NCBI RefSeq assembly: GCF_009914755.1
Contig: NC_060933.1
Length of the DNA: 64,000 nt
DNA from: the human T2T-CHM13v2.0 reference genome, Homo sapiens
Strand: one strand, 5' to 3'
Part shown: positions 29,626-41,120 of the stretch, in pieces
Layout: every line of letters starts with the position of its first letter
Position numbering within the stretch: the stretch's first letter is position 1
Position numbers and translations under genes: made by a program
Notes under the pieces: model-generated
Seen by the model: the letters and a program-made list of their open reading frames with translations, nothing else
Told to the model about the DNA's origin: nothing
The model's database searches: none

Positions 29626-32600
29626 ACACACAGGTTGCTTGCTTCATGTTTAACATTGCCCTCAATTGAACACATTTCTCAAGTACCGTGTGTGTCTGGT
29701 GTGGCCCTGGGCTGTCTATAGGGTGGGTAGAGACTCATCCTCATCCTCTAAAACAGGGAGAACATGGAGTCCAATGTGCCTCTCCCCCATCCAGACAGAC
29801 ATGACGAATCCATCGCCAGGCAGCCATGACTAGTCAATCACAGCACTCTGTCCTGATAACCTGGGATCCAGCTCAACACAGCCCCCTGGTCAACACTGAT
29901 ACTTGGAATTTTCCCCCTCTTCACCCTCTCTGCCAGCTGCACTTCTCCATCTGAGTCTGAGAGACCACAGACGAGGGCAGCCAGAGAAGAGCCCCCTCTT
30001 CCAGAAGCAGAAGCTACTCTCCTCTCTGGTTATAAAATGCAGAGTGGTGGGTGGGCTTAGCTGGGGGAAGGTTACTGGGGACAGTAAAGCATAGGCTCTA
30101 TAGGACCAGAAGTTGCCTTCCTGCTCTGCTGTGGGAGGACCCCAAGGTGGCCCGACCCCAGTGACCTGGGCCCTGAGGGGGATGCTTGGGAGCGGGGTCT
30201 TCCTGAAAACACCCTAGGGAATCCCAAGGGCAGCAGAGAACCACATCACCCCAAACTCTGGGCTGCGGGCATGTGCACATGTGTGTTTGAGGTCAGCAGT
30301 GATTATCAGTATACTGAACAACCAGCAGGCCATGGGTGCCGCCCAAGGGGACAGGCAGGTGCCAGGTGAGCGCAGGAGTGAGACCTAGAGGTCCTGCTGC
30401 TGTGCCAGGCACTAGCCCAGGTAGCTGCTGGGTTTGGGGGAGGTCTAGCTATCTAGAGGTTCCCAAGGAAGGGTGCTGAGTGGCCTGGGAAGTGGGATGG
30501 GGAGACCCTCCAGGGGCCCAGAATAGTGGCTCTTTGCCGACAGTAAATGCATGAAGTATTTCAATGTTTCAACAAATGGGAGTGGTGGCCCTCGTGCAGA
30601 CCAGCCGGACAGCAGCAGCCCCACATATGGATGCCTCATGCCAAGAGGTTCTTTCTGGAAACTGCCTGGTCATACCTGGTTAAGAGGTTCCAGCCTCACC
30701 CTTGGGCTCCCAAGGCCCTGCAGACACAGAGCAGTTGCTCGGTACATGTTTGGCCATTTAGCTGCAAAAGGAGAGTTTTTCCCAGTGTACCATAAGGCAT
30801 TTCTGGAGCTCACATTGACAAAAATTAAAAATCAAAGCACAGACCAGAAGCTCAGGCCTGTCTACCCGGCCCGCCGCCTCTGTGTTCCCCAGTGGCCGCG
30901 CCGCTGGCTGCCCAGGGCGTCACCTGTGCCATGTGCATGGTGTGTTAATGTCAGGCTTCTAACAATCCTGTTCTTGACGCATGTCTCTCCTCTCCTTAGG
31001 GAGTTGTCATTGTGTTGATCGTTCAGGGAAACATTTGTACTGGGTGAGCTGAGACTCCTGTGTCAGGAGAGGACCTGGGAGGCCAGCAGCTTATCTGAAA
31101 ATGTTAGCACTGGAAGCACCCTCAGGTGCCACCAGCTCAAACTCCTCCCTTGATGGATGAAGATCTTGAACCCCAGAAATGGAGTCAGGGACTCAGCTAC
31201 AGTCCCAAAGCTTTCAGGGGACAGAATTGGGGCAAGAAATTCTGAGAAATGTGGGCGGGGAAGGGTCAAGGCACTGGCCGTGGGGTCACAGGCATGTGTT
31301 TGGATCCTGGTGTAGGACTTGGATCAAGTTGTTTCACCTTTCAGAGCCTCAGTTTCCCTATCTGTAAGGAGGGACAAGGAAGAGCCCCCGCTTCCAGGTC
31401 TGGCACATGTTCTGTTATGTGGGGCGCGAGTAGGGGTTTGGAAGAGAGAGGTGGTGCTTTTGGCTGCACAGTGAATGGGTGTTGTAAGCTGACCTCAGAG
31501 AATGAGTTCATTTGAACAGGAGTTCAGGGATATATCCCTCTATTTGACAGGAAAGTATATTTTCTTTGCCTTCTAATGTCGCCCTAGTTCACCATCTTAT
31601 GAATTCAAAGCCAAAGGTGGCCTTTCCCCCTTTGAGGTGGGGTGAGCACTCCCTGTTGCTAGAGGCCCAAAGGCTGTGCTAGGTAAGGGGAGGCCCTTCT
31701 GCTCAGGCTGGGGACACTTTCCAGGGTCAAGGGTTCACCTGCTGCCGGCAGGCTGATCACATGTGGGGCTCCTACACCCCTCTGAGCACTCTGCACTCAT
31801 CATTGCATTCTTAACTTCTCACGACAACCCTGAGAGGTGGTGCTGTTGTGCCCATTGTACAGATGGAAAATTGAGGTGAGAAGGCGTGCCCAAACACATA
31901 AGTGGCAGCACAGGGACTCTCAGCCCGGGCTGTCAGGTTCTGAGGCCAGGCTCATAAATGTCAAGCTTACCGCGAATGTGGCCAAAGACCATCATATAGG
32001 CCACTGGAGGACCATCCTGGGGCCGTCTCAGCATCCCCAGGTGACCACGCCACACGTGCTTGGCTCAGAGTCCCATCGGCCTCAAGGTGATCTCCAAAAG
32101 CAGTGAAAGAAGCTGGGGTCATCAGAACTACAGAGAGGGGTCCTGGAGGAGCCTCTGGGCAGGGCAGGGAAGGGAGTGGGCCAGATAACCACAGAACTGC
32201 GTCGTGCAGCCAAGTTGGACTCCAGAACCAGCAGAACCAAGAGAGGAAGTCGGGCCCAGAACTTTTGTTTTCCCAGATTCAAAAGAAAAATCTCCTGGGA
32301 GTCCTTTTGAATGTGAGAAGCCATGTCCCTCCAACTCCCAGGTGACGCAAAAAGCAAAGCATGTGGCCAAGTGACCCTGGCTGCTTTTCCCTCCCAGCCT
32401 GCACGTCTGTGTTTACTCCACCAGTAAAAAAAAAAAAATGAACCCAGTGAAAAAGGAGTGAAGGGTAGGGATGGGAGGCAGAAGACTCTGTGAGGAATCT
32501 CCAGGGCCGACAACTCACCGGGACCTCCAGGAGGGGGAGGAGTCCCACCCCCAGAAATGGGGGCAGCATGGGCTAAGTGTGGACATCCTAGAGGTCGCGG

Positions 32601-35115
32601 GCAATGGCCAGCCAAGTCCACGGAGTGAGAGACCAGTGGCAGCTGGAGCTGTCTCCATCCATTAGGTCGAGTGTCATGAAACAAGAAATCCAAGCTGGTT
32701 CCCAAGATCAGGAGTTGACTTTGTGAGCGATGGTACCTGCCACCTTCTAGGGAGCCCTGATCCCAAGGCCTTCCTTTGAATAGAAAAGATCGACCAAGAG
32801 GGAGGCAGGACGAGGAAGAGAGAGGGACCCTGTCTCACCGTGTCTTACAGCCTGGACTGCTGGAAAGCACAGATGTGGGGATGTTTGGGGAAACATCACT
32901 GTGTTTCCTTTTGGCAGGATTCAGAACAAGGGCCAGGGCCAAGGTCACAGGACTCAGAATTCAGTGCTTTGATGGACCAAGAGTTTGTATGCCAATGGTG
33001 ACAACTTAATGAGGAAATGGTTGCACACAACAGAGCATGTGTGAATGTGCACGTGAGATCAGGAAGGAGGCAGCCAGGGAATACTCCTCTGTTGATCAGT
33101 TTCTCTTGCTGTGGGTCGTCTTTCAGAATTTTCAGCTGCCTTTCGTTACAAAGATCGCTGCGCCCAGCTTGCCTACAGCTGTCGTTCATCTGTGTAGGAC
33201 TTTGCATGGTTGCAAATGGGTGCTTTTGGGGTGGGGCCTACATGGGGCTCTTTTTGAACGACGACAATGATCAAGCGAGCAGGGTGTGGGGGTGCAGTGC
33301 TCTGAAGGCCGCTGCAGGGTTGGTGAGCTCCCCGGGGCAGTGGGAGGCAGAGGGCTGAGGCACAGAGCAGGTAGTTCTATAAGTGGGTCAATTATTTAGT
33401 GATCAGCACATGTCTGAGAGGAAGGCCACATCTGCTTTGCTGTCCTGGAGGCCCAGATCCCCTGCCCAATAAGGAAGAAAGATGTTTTCCTCTAGGGGAG
33501 GAGTCGCCGGGTGGGAGGGGGAGGCAGCTTCCTCCTGCTGATAATGCATTTTCCCTTCTGATTGCAGCCTTTCCTCAGCTCCTGCTCTCCTTGCTGATGC
33601 AAACCTCTTCTCAATCACCTCCACACGCCCCTGCTGCCCCGAGCGGGAGGCTGTGAGAAGCCTGCACACCTGGCGAGAGGATGAGGCAGACCCAGGAGAA
33701 AGATTCCATGACTCGGCCAGCTGCGGCTCCTTCCACAACTTCTCCTGCTCCCCACATTGGGAGTCGGGAGAAACTGTCCCAAAAGCAGGAGAGGAATGGG
33801 TGGGATGAGGGTGGAAATTCGGATTCGGATTCAAGAGCAGATTCTGAATTGTTCATATGTGAAAAGAGACACTGTGGCTGGGAGGAGAGCTGGGGCTGGT
33901 GTTTCCATTTATTTCCCAGGCTTGATGGCCAGGTGACACTGGTTAGTCTAACCCCATTACTCTTCTGACACGGAGCAATGTTCCCCTGGACTCCCCATCA
34001 TCGTGGAACAGAGAGCCTTGGCCAGAGGAGAGACTCGGCCAATGACGACTAATCAGAGCCGACATTTCTTGATCATCTACTACCTGAAATAATTCCTACA
34101 CATTTTCTCAGTGAATCCGTCCAACAATCCCAGGAGGTAGGTGCCATGACTATCACCACTTGACAGGTGAGGAACTGAGGCCCAGAGAGGTGGGAGTGGA
34201 GGTCTGGGTTCCCACCAAGCCTGGGGATTGCTCTTGGCGCTCCTAGTTTGAGCTTTCCTTGTCTCCTATCCTGAGAGGTAGGACTCGCCTCCACCATTGA
34301 CTTTGTGTTGTCTAGTGTTTTTGGCAATACTGCCACATGCCTGCATGCATGTGTGTGCATAGGCATACACATACCCACTCACACTTCCTCAGACTGCACC
34401 GCCTCCCTGGTTTGGCCTGTGTCTGGCACATAGTAGGTGCTCAGACAACCTTTGTGAGGTGCACAGGCAGCCTGGTCCATGAGATGTGAATAATCCCACT
34501 AGACTTGCTGCACCCCAAAGGCAGGACCCAGTGGATCTGTCACCATGGGCATCCCCAGGGCTGGGGGATGCTGGCCCACAGTAGGTACTCAGTGGGTAGG
34601 CCACAATTGCCCAGAAGATGCCCCCTGAGCTCGAAGCTGGCAGGGCTGGGCAGTTACCCGCTCTCACTGAAAAAGGGGTGCCAATGCTCCTTTGCATCCT
34701 GTCTCCTGAGACTGAGGAGTCCTCAGGGACTCCGGAATTTATGGCAGTGAGCAGCGATGGGTCCTGCCTCTGGGGCTTCCAGACGAGAGACCGGCTGCCT
34801 GCCTGGCTGTCTGCTGCTCCATGGAGTGTGGAGGAGGTGGGCTTCCTTCTCACAGCAGCCACCCCTCGCCAGGGAGCTGAGCAGCTTTGCCTGGAGGAGC
34901 CTGGGCTCTTCTGGGCTAAGCTTTGCTGCTTTCCTCTCCCTGTCATGCTGCTGGAACTCGGGAAAGAGACATTTCCATGGGAACTCACGGATTGGAGGGA
35001 TCCCAGCCAGGCTTCTGGTGGAAGAAACTTTGCAGACAAAGGCACAGTGGCACAGTAGTATTTCCACCCAGTCCACAGGGGCTGTTCTCACCTGCCCAGG
35101 GCTCACTTGCCATGA

Positions 35116-35589
<474 letters not shown>

Positions 35590-35769
35590 TGAGGCCTGTA
35601 TTCAAATAGGAGCCCTGCCTTCCCGGAATAACCTAGGACACATCCTTCAACCTTGGTATTCTCGTCTGAAGAATGGCCAGGATAAGAGTCTCTTTCACAG
35701 AACGGTGGTTAAAGCAGAAATTGGAGATTGTAGTAAACTGCTGTGCTTGGTGCCTGAGTGTGTAATACC

Positions 35770-36360
35770 AGAGCCACCTTGTGTTAAGCACTTTCTAGAA
35801 GCCAAATCGATTTCAAGCATTAGTTCACTAAATCCTTAGACCAAGCCTAGGTATTGGAGACCATTCTAACCTCCATTTTCCAGGTGAAACAAATGAGCCT
35901 TGGCAAGGTGAGTCACATAGCCGGGAATGGGACCCCAGGGCTGCTTGACTCTGAAGCCCCAAATTTCAACTGTGACTGTATTAAGTGCTCATTTAAGATC
36001 TGGAAGAACCAACAAGGTTCAGCCACCATCCCATTTCACAGCTGAGAAAATTGAGATCCAGAGCAGGGAAGAGCCCAGTCGAGTCGCAGAGCTGCTGGTG
36101 CTGGAACCAGGCCTAAGGTTCCACAATGGCTGCTCACATTTATTGAGCACTTACTGTGTGCCACGTTCGAATTGCTTTCTGTCCATCATTTTATTTGATC
36201 TTTACCATAACTCTAGGAAGATGGAGACTATTACAATCCCATTTTTCATTTGGGTAAAGTGAGGCAGAGAGGGAAGTAACTTACTCAAGGTTGCACAGCT
36301 AATTAGCAGGAGAGGCACGACTCATACCCAGAGAGTCAGGCTCTAGAGCCCTCATCCAAG
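35770..36360 (-). mobile_element. Cluster of antisense MIR fragments
   Basis: Repeated CCCATTT…GA(G/A)AA..TGAG…AAGTAACTTACTCAAGGTTGCACAGCTA and ATTTATTGAGCACTTACTGTGTGCCA segments. Confidence 0.65.
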
Positions 36361-38819
36361 CCGCTTTGTGGCACTGCCTCCCAGCCGGGGCAGGCTGGCC
36401 TTGCCCGGCAGCCTGGGGCCTAGGTCGACTTGCCTGCCAAGGAGGTGGAGTCTGCACGACTCCTACGGTATGGCCGCCACCGGGAAAGGCAGGGTGCCGC
36501 TGAGCTGCAGTACTCAGGGAGATGGGCACGGAGCTGGGACTGGCAAGCTCAGTGTGCTCGAAGGCCATTAGCCCCCTGCGTCTCCGAAGAGAAGTTTATC
36601 CAACAAAATGCAGGCAAGCAAAGAACACGTTCCACTTTATGTGTCTCTTGTTGTAGGCAGTACACATCTTGGGAGATGTGTGGATGAAAGGCGCCATATA
36701 AAATGCAATCAATTATGAATCACCATTACTGAATTAATCACATGTATGATTAATACAGTCATAATAATTAATGGGAGTATGGTCTAGAGATTAGAGCTGA
36801 GGACTGACAGGGAGGGGTCAGAGTGCTTCTAGTAGCCTCTGCCACTGCCTAGAGGTGTCACCTTGGGGAAGGCAGGTTCCCCCTGCGCCTACCTTGGCAG
36901 TAGAAGGGGCCCCAGGATGTCTTGAATACCCCTAGATGGTCCTGGGCACAGCATCTTACCACCTCCCTAACAGCTGCGTCTCAACTGCTCAAGGTCAAGG
37001 GGACAAAGAGTTTGTCGAAGAATCAAAATCGTGGCCTGGCATAAGTGAACAGAGTGAGCGAGGAGAGGGGTGAGAACTTGGTAGGGGGTGTCCTTTGAGC
37101 TTGCACTTGACTTAAATCAGCAATGTGAGCTCATTTCTTCTGTCTGTCTGTCTGTCTGCATCAGGACTTGCCTCCTCTTGGAAGTCCCCAGAGGGCCTGG
37201 ACCTCATCTGTTACCTCTCGTTACAAAGCTAGTAGATTATTTTTGCTTGTGACTTTATAATTTCCTGTTACTCATCTATACCATGCAAATTTCCTCATTG
37301 TAAAGGAGTCAGGCAACCCAGAGAGGATATCTATAATAAAGCACATTGGTCCCCCCTCATCTCCCCTGTTCATACTTTGGTGTATGTCTTCATCGTCCAC
37401 ATATATAACGGATGTGTCCATATATATAGTGGACTTATATACAATCATATGTATATAATCATACATATGTATGGTTATATACAAATCCTTTTCAAAAATA
37501 TAGATGGAATAAAATTAAGTGCATTGTTCTGCAGATGCTTTTTGATAGCAAATTCCACATACACAATTCAAATTAAAACTGTGCATTGGAGCCAAAATCC
37601 CACCAGTGAAGGGGATGATTAGGCTGCTGGTGAGAGGGGAGCCAGCGGTTATTTTCAGGGAGATTCATTAACACTTTCCTGCCCCTGGTGCTCAGCTTCT
37701 TTTCATTGCCAGAAAAAAGGTCATTTATCAGAAGTTACCTTAATGAAGTTTAAAAATGAATGTCCGTCAACCACCTGGTCCCCGCAAGGCTGAAATCCTA
37801 TTTGTTCCCTATCTTGGAAAATAAGTGCTTTATGGTTCACTTGAAAGGAACATCGTCTCCTGGAGGCTGCTGTGGAGTGCGGTCAACTCAGGATCATAGC
37901 AGAGGGACCACCCTCCTGGACAAATCCCCTCATCGTGCAGATGGGGAAACTGAAGCCAAGAGCAGGGAAGGGATCTCCCCCAGCCACACAGCATGGTAAG
38001 GGCTGAGCCAAGAAAAGCCCATTATCCCAACTCTCAGTGCGGTGCTCTTTCCATTATCCTGGGGTCTGGAAATGAGGAAACCAGAAGACAGCTTCTGGCA
38101 TAGGTCCCCGAAAAAAAGCCTGTTGGCATCAGCTTGTTGCAGAGGCAGGGAGTATTGGTGAGGTGGGGGCTGGCAGGGAGGCATGTTAAAAATTGTTTCT
38201 AGTGGCACATATCTTTACATATGGGTCACTGAAACCATCCTGGCAGTGCTAGGGAGGAGGCACCCCTGGTTCCTCCACTGTGTTTAGATGAACTACAAGT
38301 AAGAAGCAGCTCCTCCATCTCTTTGGCCATTCCTGACAGCATCCAGTCCACAGTGATGATGGAGGAGCAGGGTGGTTCCCAGGGATTGATGACCATGCCC
38401 TGGGGTGACAGCAGGCTGAGGGCTGACCCTGGTCATCACTCACCCTGTGCAGGAGCCCCACACCCTGCCCTTCACTGCTGCCTGCAGGCTGAATGCTTAA
38501 AAATCAAACCACCAAGATCTGTTCTCTTCTCCCAAGGAGCTTCCTCCTGCATAGAACAGGTAACCAGGGGTGGGCCCATGTCTGCCTTCCTGGGCTGCTT
38601 GGTGAGATAGGCCCATCTCCAGTGGTAGGCATCTGAGAGCATGTGCAGGTAGAGGCACACAATGGCCCTGTTTTTTGACCCCTCTTTGAAAAAAGAAGGA
38701 TTTACCGTTCATATCTCACATATGGGGAAACTGAGCCCCAAAGCAGTCTGGGCCGTGTTCCAAGTTCACCAGCCAGCCAGGCCAGTGAGAGAGCATCACC
38801 CAGAAACCCAAAAGCCCTG

Positions 38820-39007
38820 CCTCCCCGGCCACAATCCTTAGCTATGTGACCTTGGGCAAGTTACTTAACATCTCTAACTTGAGGCTTTGCTACTAGCAGT
38901 GAAGTCACAGGGCTTTGGCGAAGATTCAGTGAATAATGCACACAAACTGGTTTGCATGGAGTCTGGCATAAAACAGGTGTTCAATAAATATATTATTATT
39001 ATTATTA
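38820..39007 (+). mobile_element. MIR
   Basis: TAGCTATGTGACCTTGGGCAAGTTACTTAAC core; TCAATAAATA(TAT)n tail. Confidence 0.8.
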
Positions 39008-40189
39008 CAGCAGATGACAGTCTTTAATTCTGCATCCTCTTCCTGTTTTGTCACAAGATTCCAAATATTATTCAGCAGTATAACTCCGTCTCCAGTTTTC
39101 AGGGCAGCTGAGAACAGGGAAGGGTTAAGGTGGAGGTGAAGGGTGGCAGCAGGGCGGGGCACTGAGGTGCCATGTCTTGCTCCATTCCCAACACCCTCTG
39201 TGACCTTGGGCTGGTCTCTCTCTCTCTGCCTCTCTCTCTGTCTGTCCTCAGGCCCTTTGTTCTTGATGCATCCAAATGACAGTGCTGGCTGCTCAAGGCT
39301 GCAGTGAGCCCACCCCAGGAGGCCAGGAGTGTCCGAAAACCACATGTGCTTCTGGAAGATGTGGAAACTCTCCCAGAAGCCCTGGGAGGCAGGCTGGCAG
39401 GAAACCTCCTGGGGATCAGAGAGCCCAGGGCTGCCGGATATGATATTGTGAACTCGGTGGCCTCTGCCCGGGGCTGCTGCTACCGGAGCCCTCCCACACC
39501 TGCCTCCCATGCTTGCAGGGGAGGGAGACAGAGAACCCCTCAGCCAGGCCCCTCCTGCCCCACTACTCTGCACTCCCTGCAGAGCTGGCTTGGCTTCGTC
39601 AAAAGCAGGGCCCATCAGGGTGGAGGCGGCGATGTGTCAGCTGGTATTCAGGCTCTGGTTGTGCGCTCAGATCGCTCCCCCTCCCCATCTCCCCAAATCC
39701 ACCCACCCACCCCGGTACCCACTGCTTGGGGCCTTCTGGGTGGCAGCACTTCACAGAGAGAGACCGAGGAGCAGCCCTGAGCCCTTGGCTGTGGGGGGTG
39801 GGGGAACTGACTCACTTGGCCCCCCTCCCTCGTGCCGATGGGGCAGCCCCCACACCCATGGGCGCTGGCACCCCGGCAGGCCCCCGGGTTTTGGAAGAGG
39901 AAGCTGCAGCCCGGCTGCGCCTGACCGGAGCCGGCTGAGGATGCGCTCTGGGCGCAGGGACCCGCTGGCCCCCGGGCCGGGAGGCGATGTTTAGGCAGCG
40001 ACCCCCCAGAGGCTGCCGGGGCCACCCTGGCCACGGGCCCGCCGGGACGCCCCTGCTCGCCGCGCCCCTCCCCGGGCCGTGGCGCGTCCCCCGAGCCGCG
40101 CAATATTTCCTTCCTGCACCTTTAAGAAGACCGTTGCTCCGTGGTGGGATGGTGTGTTAAAGCCACACAGAGGAAGTTACGCAGCCCGG

Positions 40190-40743
40190 ATCAGACCGAG
40201 AGATAAAAGCCCCGATGGTGATCGTGAGTGATGGCAAGAGGATTTAGCCTCGGCATTAACTTGGAGCGGAGTGCAGGGGGGCAGTGAAGCGCCCGCCATC
40301 TGGCCCGCGCCGCGCCGGGGGGATGCCCCGGCTCCCCGACGAGACGCCGCGAAGCCCACCCGGGCCGGGGGCTGCCCGGCGCCCGAGCGCGGGTCCTCCC
40401 CGGGCCGCCCAGGGGGGCCAAAAAGTTTGCACTTGTTAGCGGCGACCTCCCGCTCAGCCCGGGCGGGCGATGCGGGCGGCGCGGGCGGCCCCCTCCCCCG
40501 GCCCGCGTCTCCGGGACGGCTGCGGGCGGCCCCCCCGGCGGCCGGAGGGCTCCCTGGCCCCGATCTGACGGCGGCGGCGGCGGCGGCCACAGCGGCGGGA
40601 GCGGCGCGGGGAAGGAGCAGCGGCTCGCAGCCCTCGGCCCGCGCCCCCACCCAGCGCCAGCCCGAGGGGGGAGGCGCAGCGCCGGAGGGTGGCGGTCCTC
40701 GGCCCTCCCAGGTCTCCGCGCCGGGAAGCCGCTCCGAGCCGGG
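40190..40743 (+). other. NTNG2: NTNG2 non-coding first exon (start uncertain, somewhere ~40190-40560)
   Basis: Lies in the densest part of the CpG island and ends at donor GGG|GTAAGG (GT at 40744), 4.1 kb upstream of the 44851 acceptor. The TSS cannot be read from sequence. Confidence 0.65.
40569..40586 (+). repeat. (CGG)6 in the putative first exon
   Basis: CGGCGGCGGCGGCGGCGG read directly. Confidence 0.9.
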
Positions 40744-41027
40744 GTAAGGCGGGCGGGGAGAGCCCGGGAGGCGGGCGGGGGGAGAGGCTGCAGCTTGGCC
40801 AGGCCGGTTTCATTTTTAAAGGGCTTCGGTGACCATGCAGGCTTGCCCGGGCCCGGGAGCCACTTACAGCGGCCCGGCAAAGGCTCGGATGCAAAAGTTG
40901 TTTGGTGGCGGCTGCTACGAGCTGAGAACTGGAGTCGCCCCAGAGGGGTGTGTGAGGGTGCGTTCTTAGCAGCATCTTAAAGGGGTAGCTTGTCTTTCTG
41001 GCCAGCTTCCCCCGGGTCCTTTCCGTC

Positions 41028-41068
41028 GTGTGTGTGAGAGTGTGTGTGTGTGTGTGTGTGAGAGAGAG

Positions 41069-41119
<51 letters not shown>
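41028..41119. repeat. Compound (TG)n/(AG)n microsatellite inside the CpG island
   Basis: Blocks of about (GT)4, (TG)10 and (GT)23 separated by AG runs. Confidence 0.97.
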
Positions 41120-41120
<1 letters not shown>

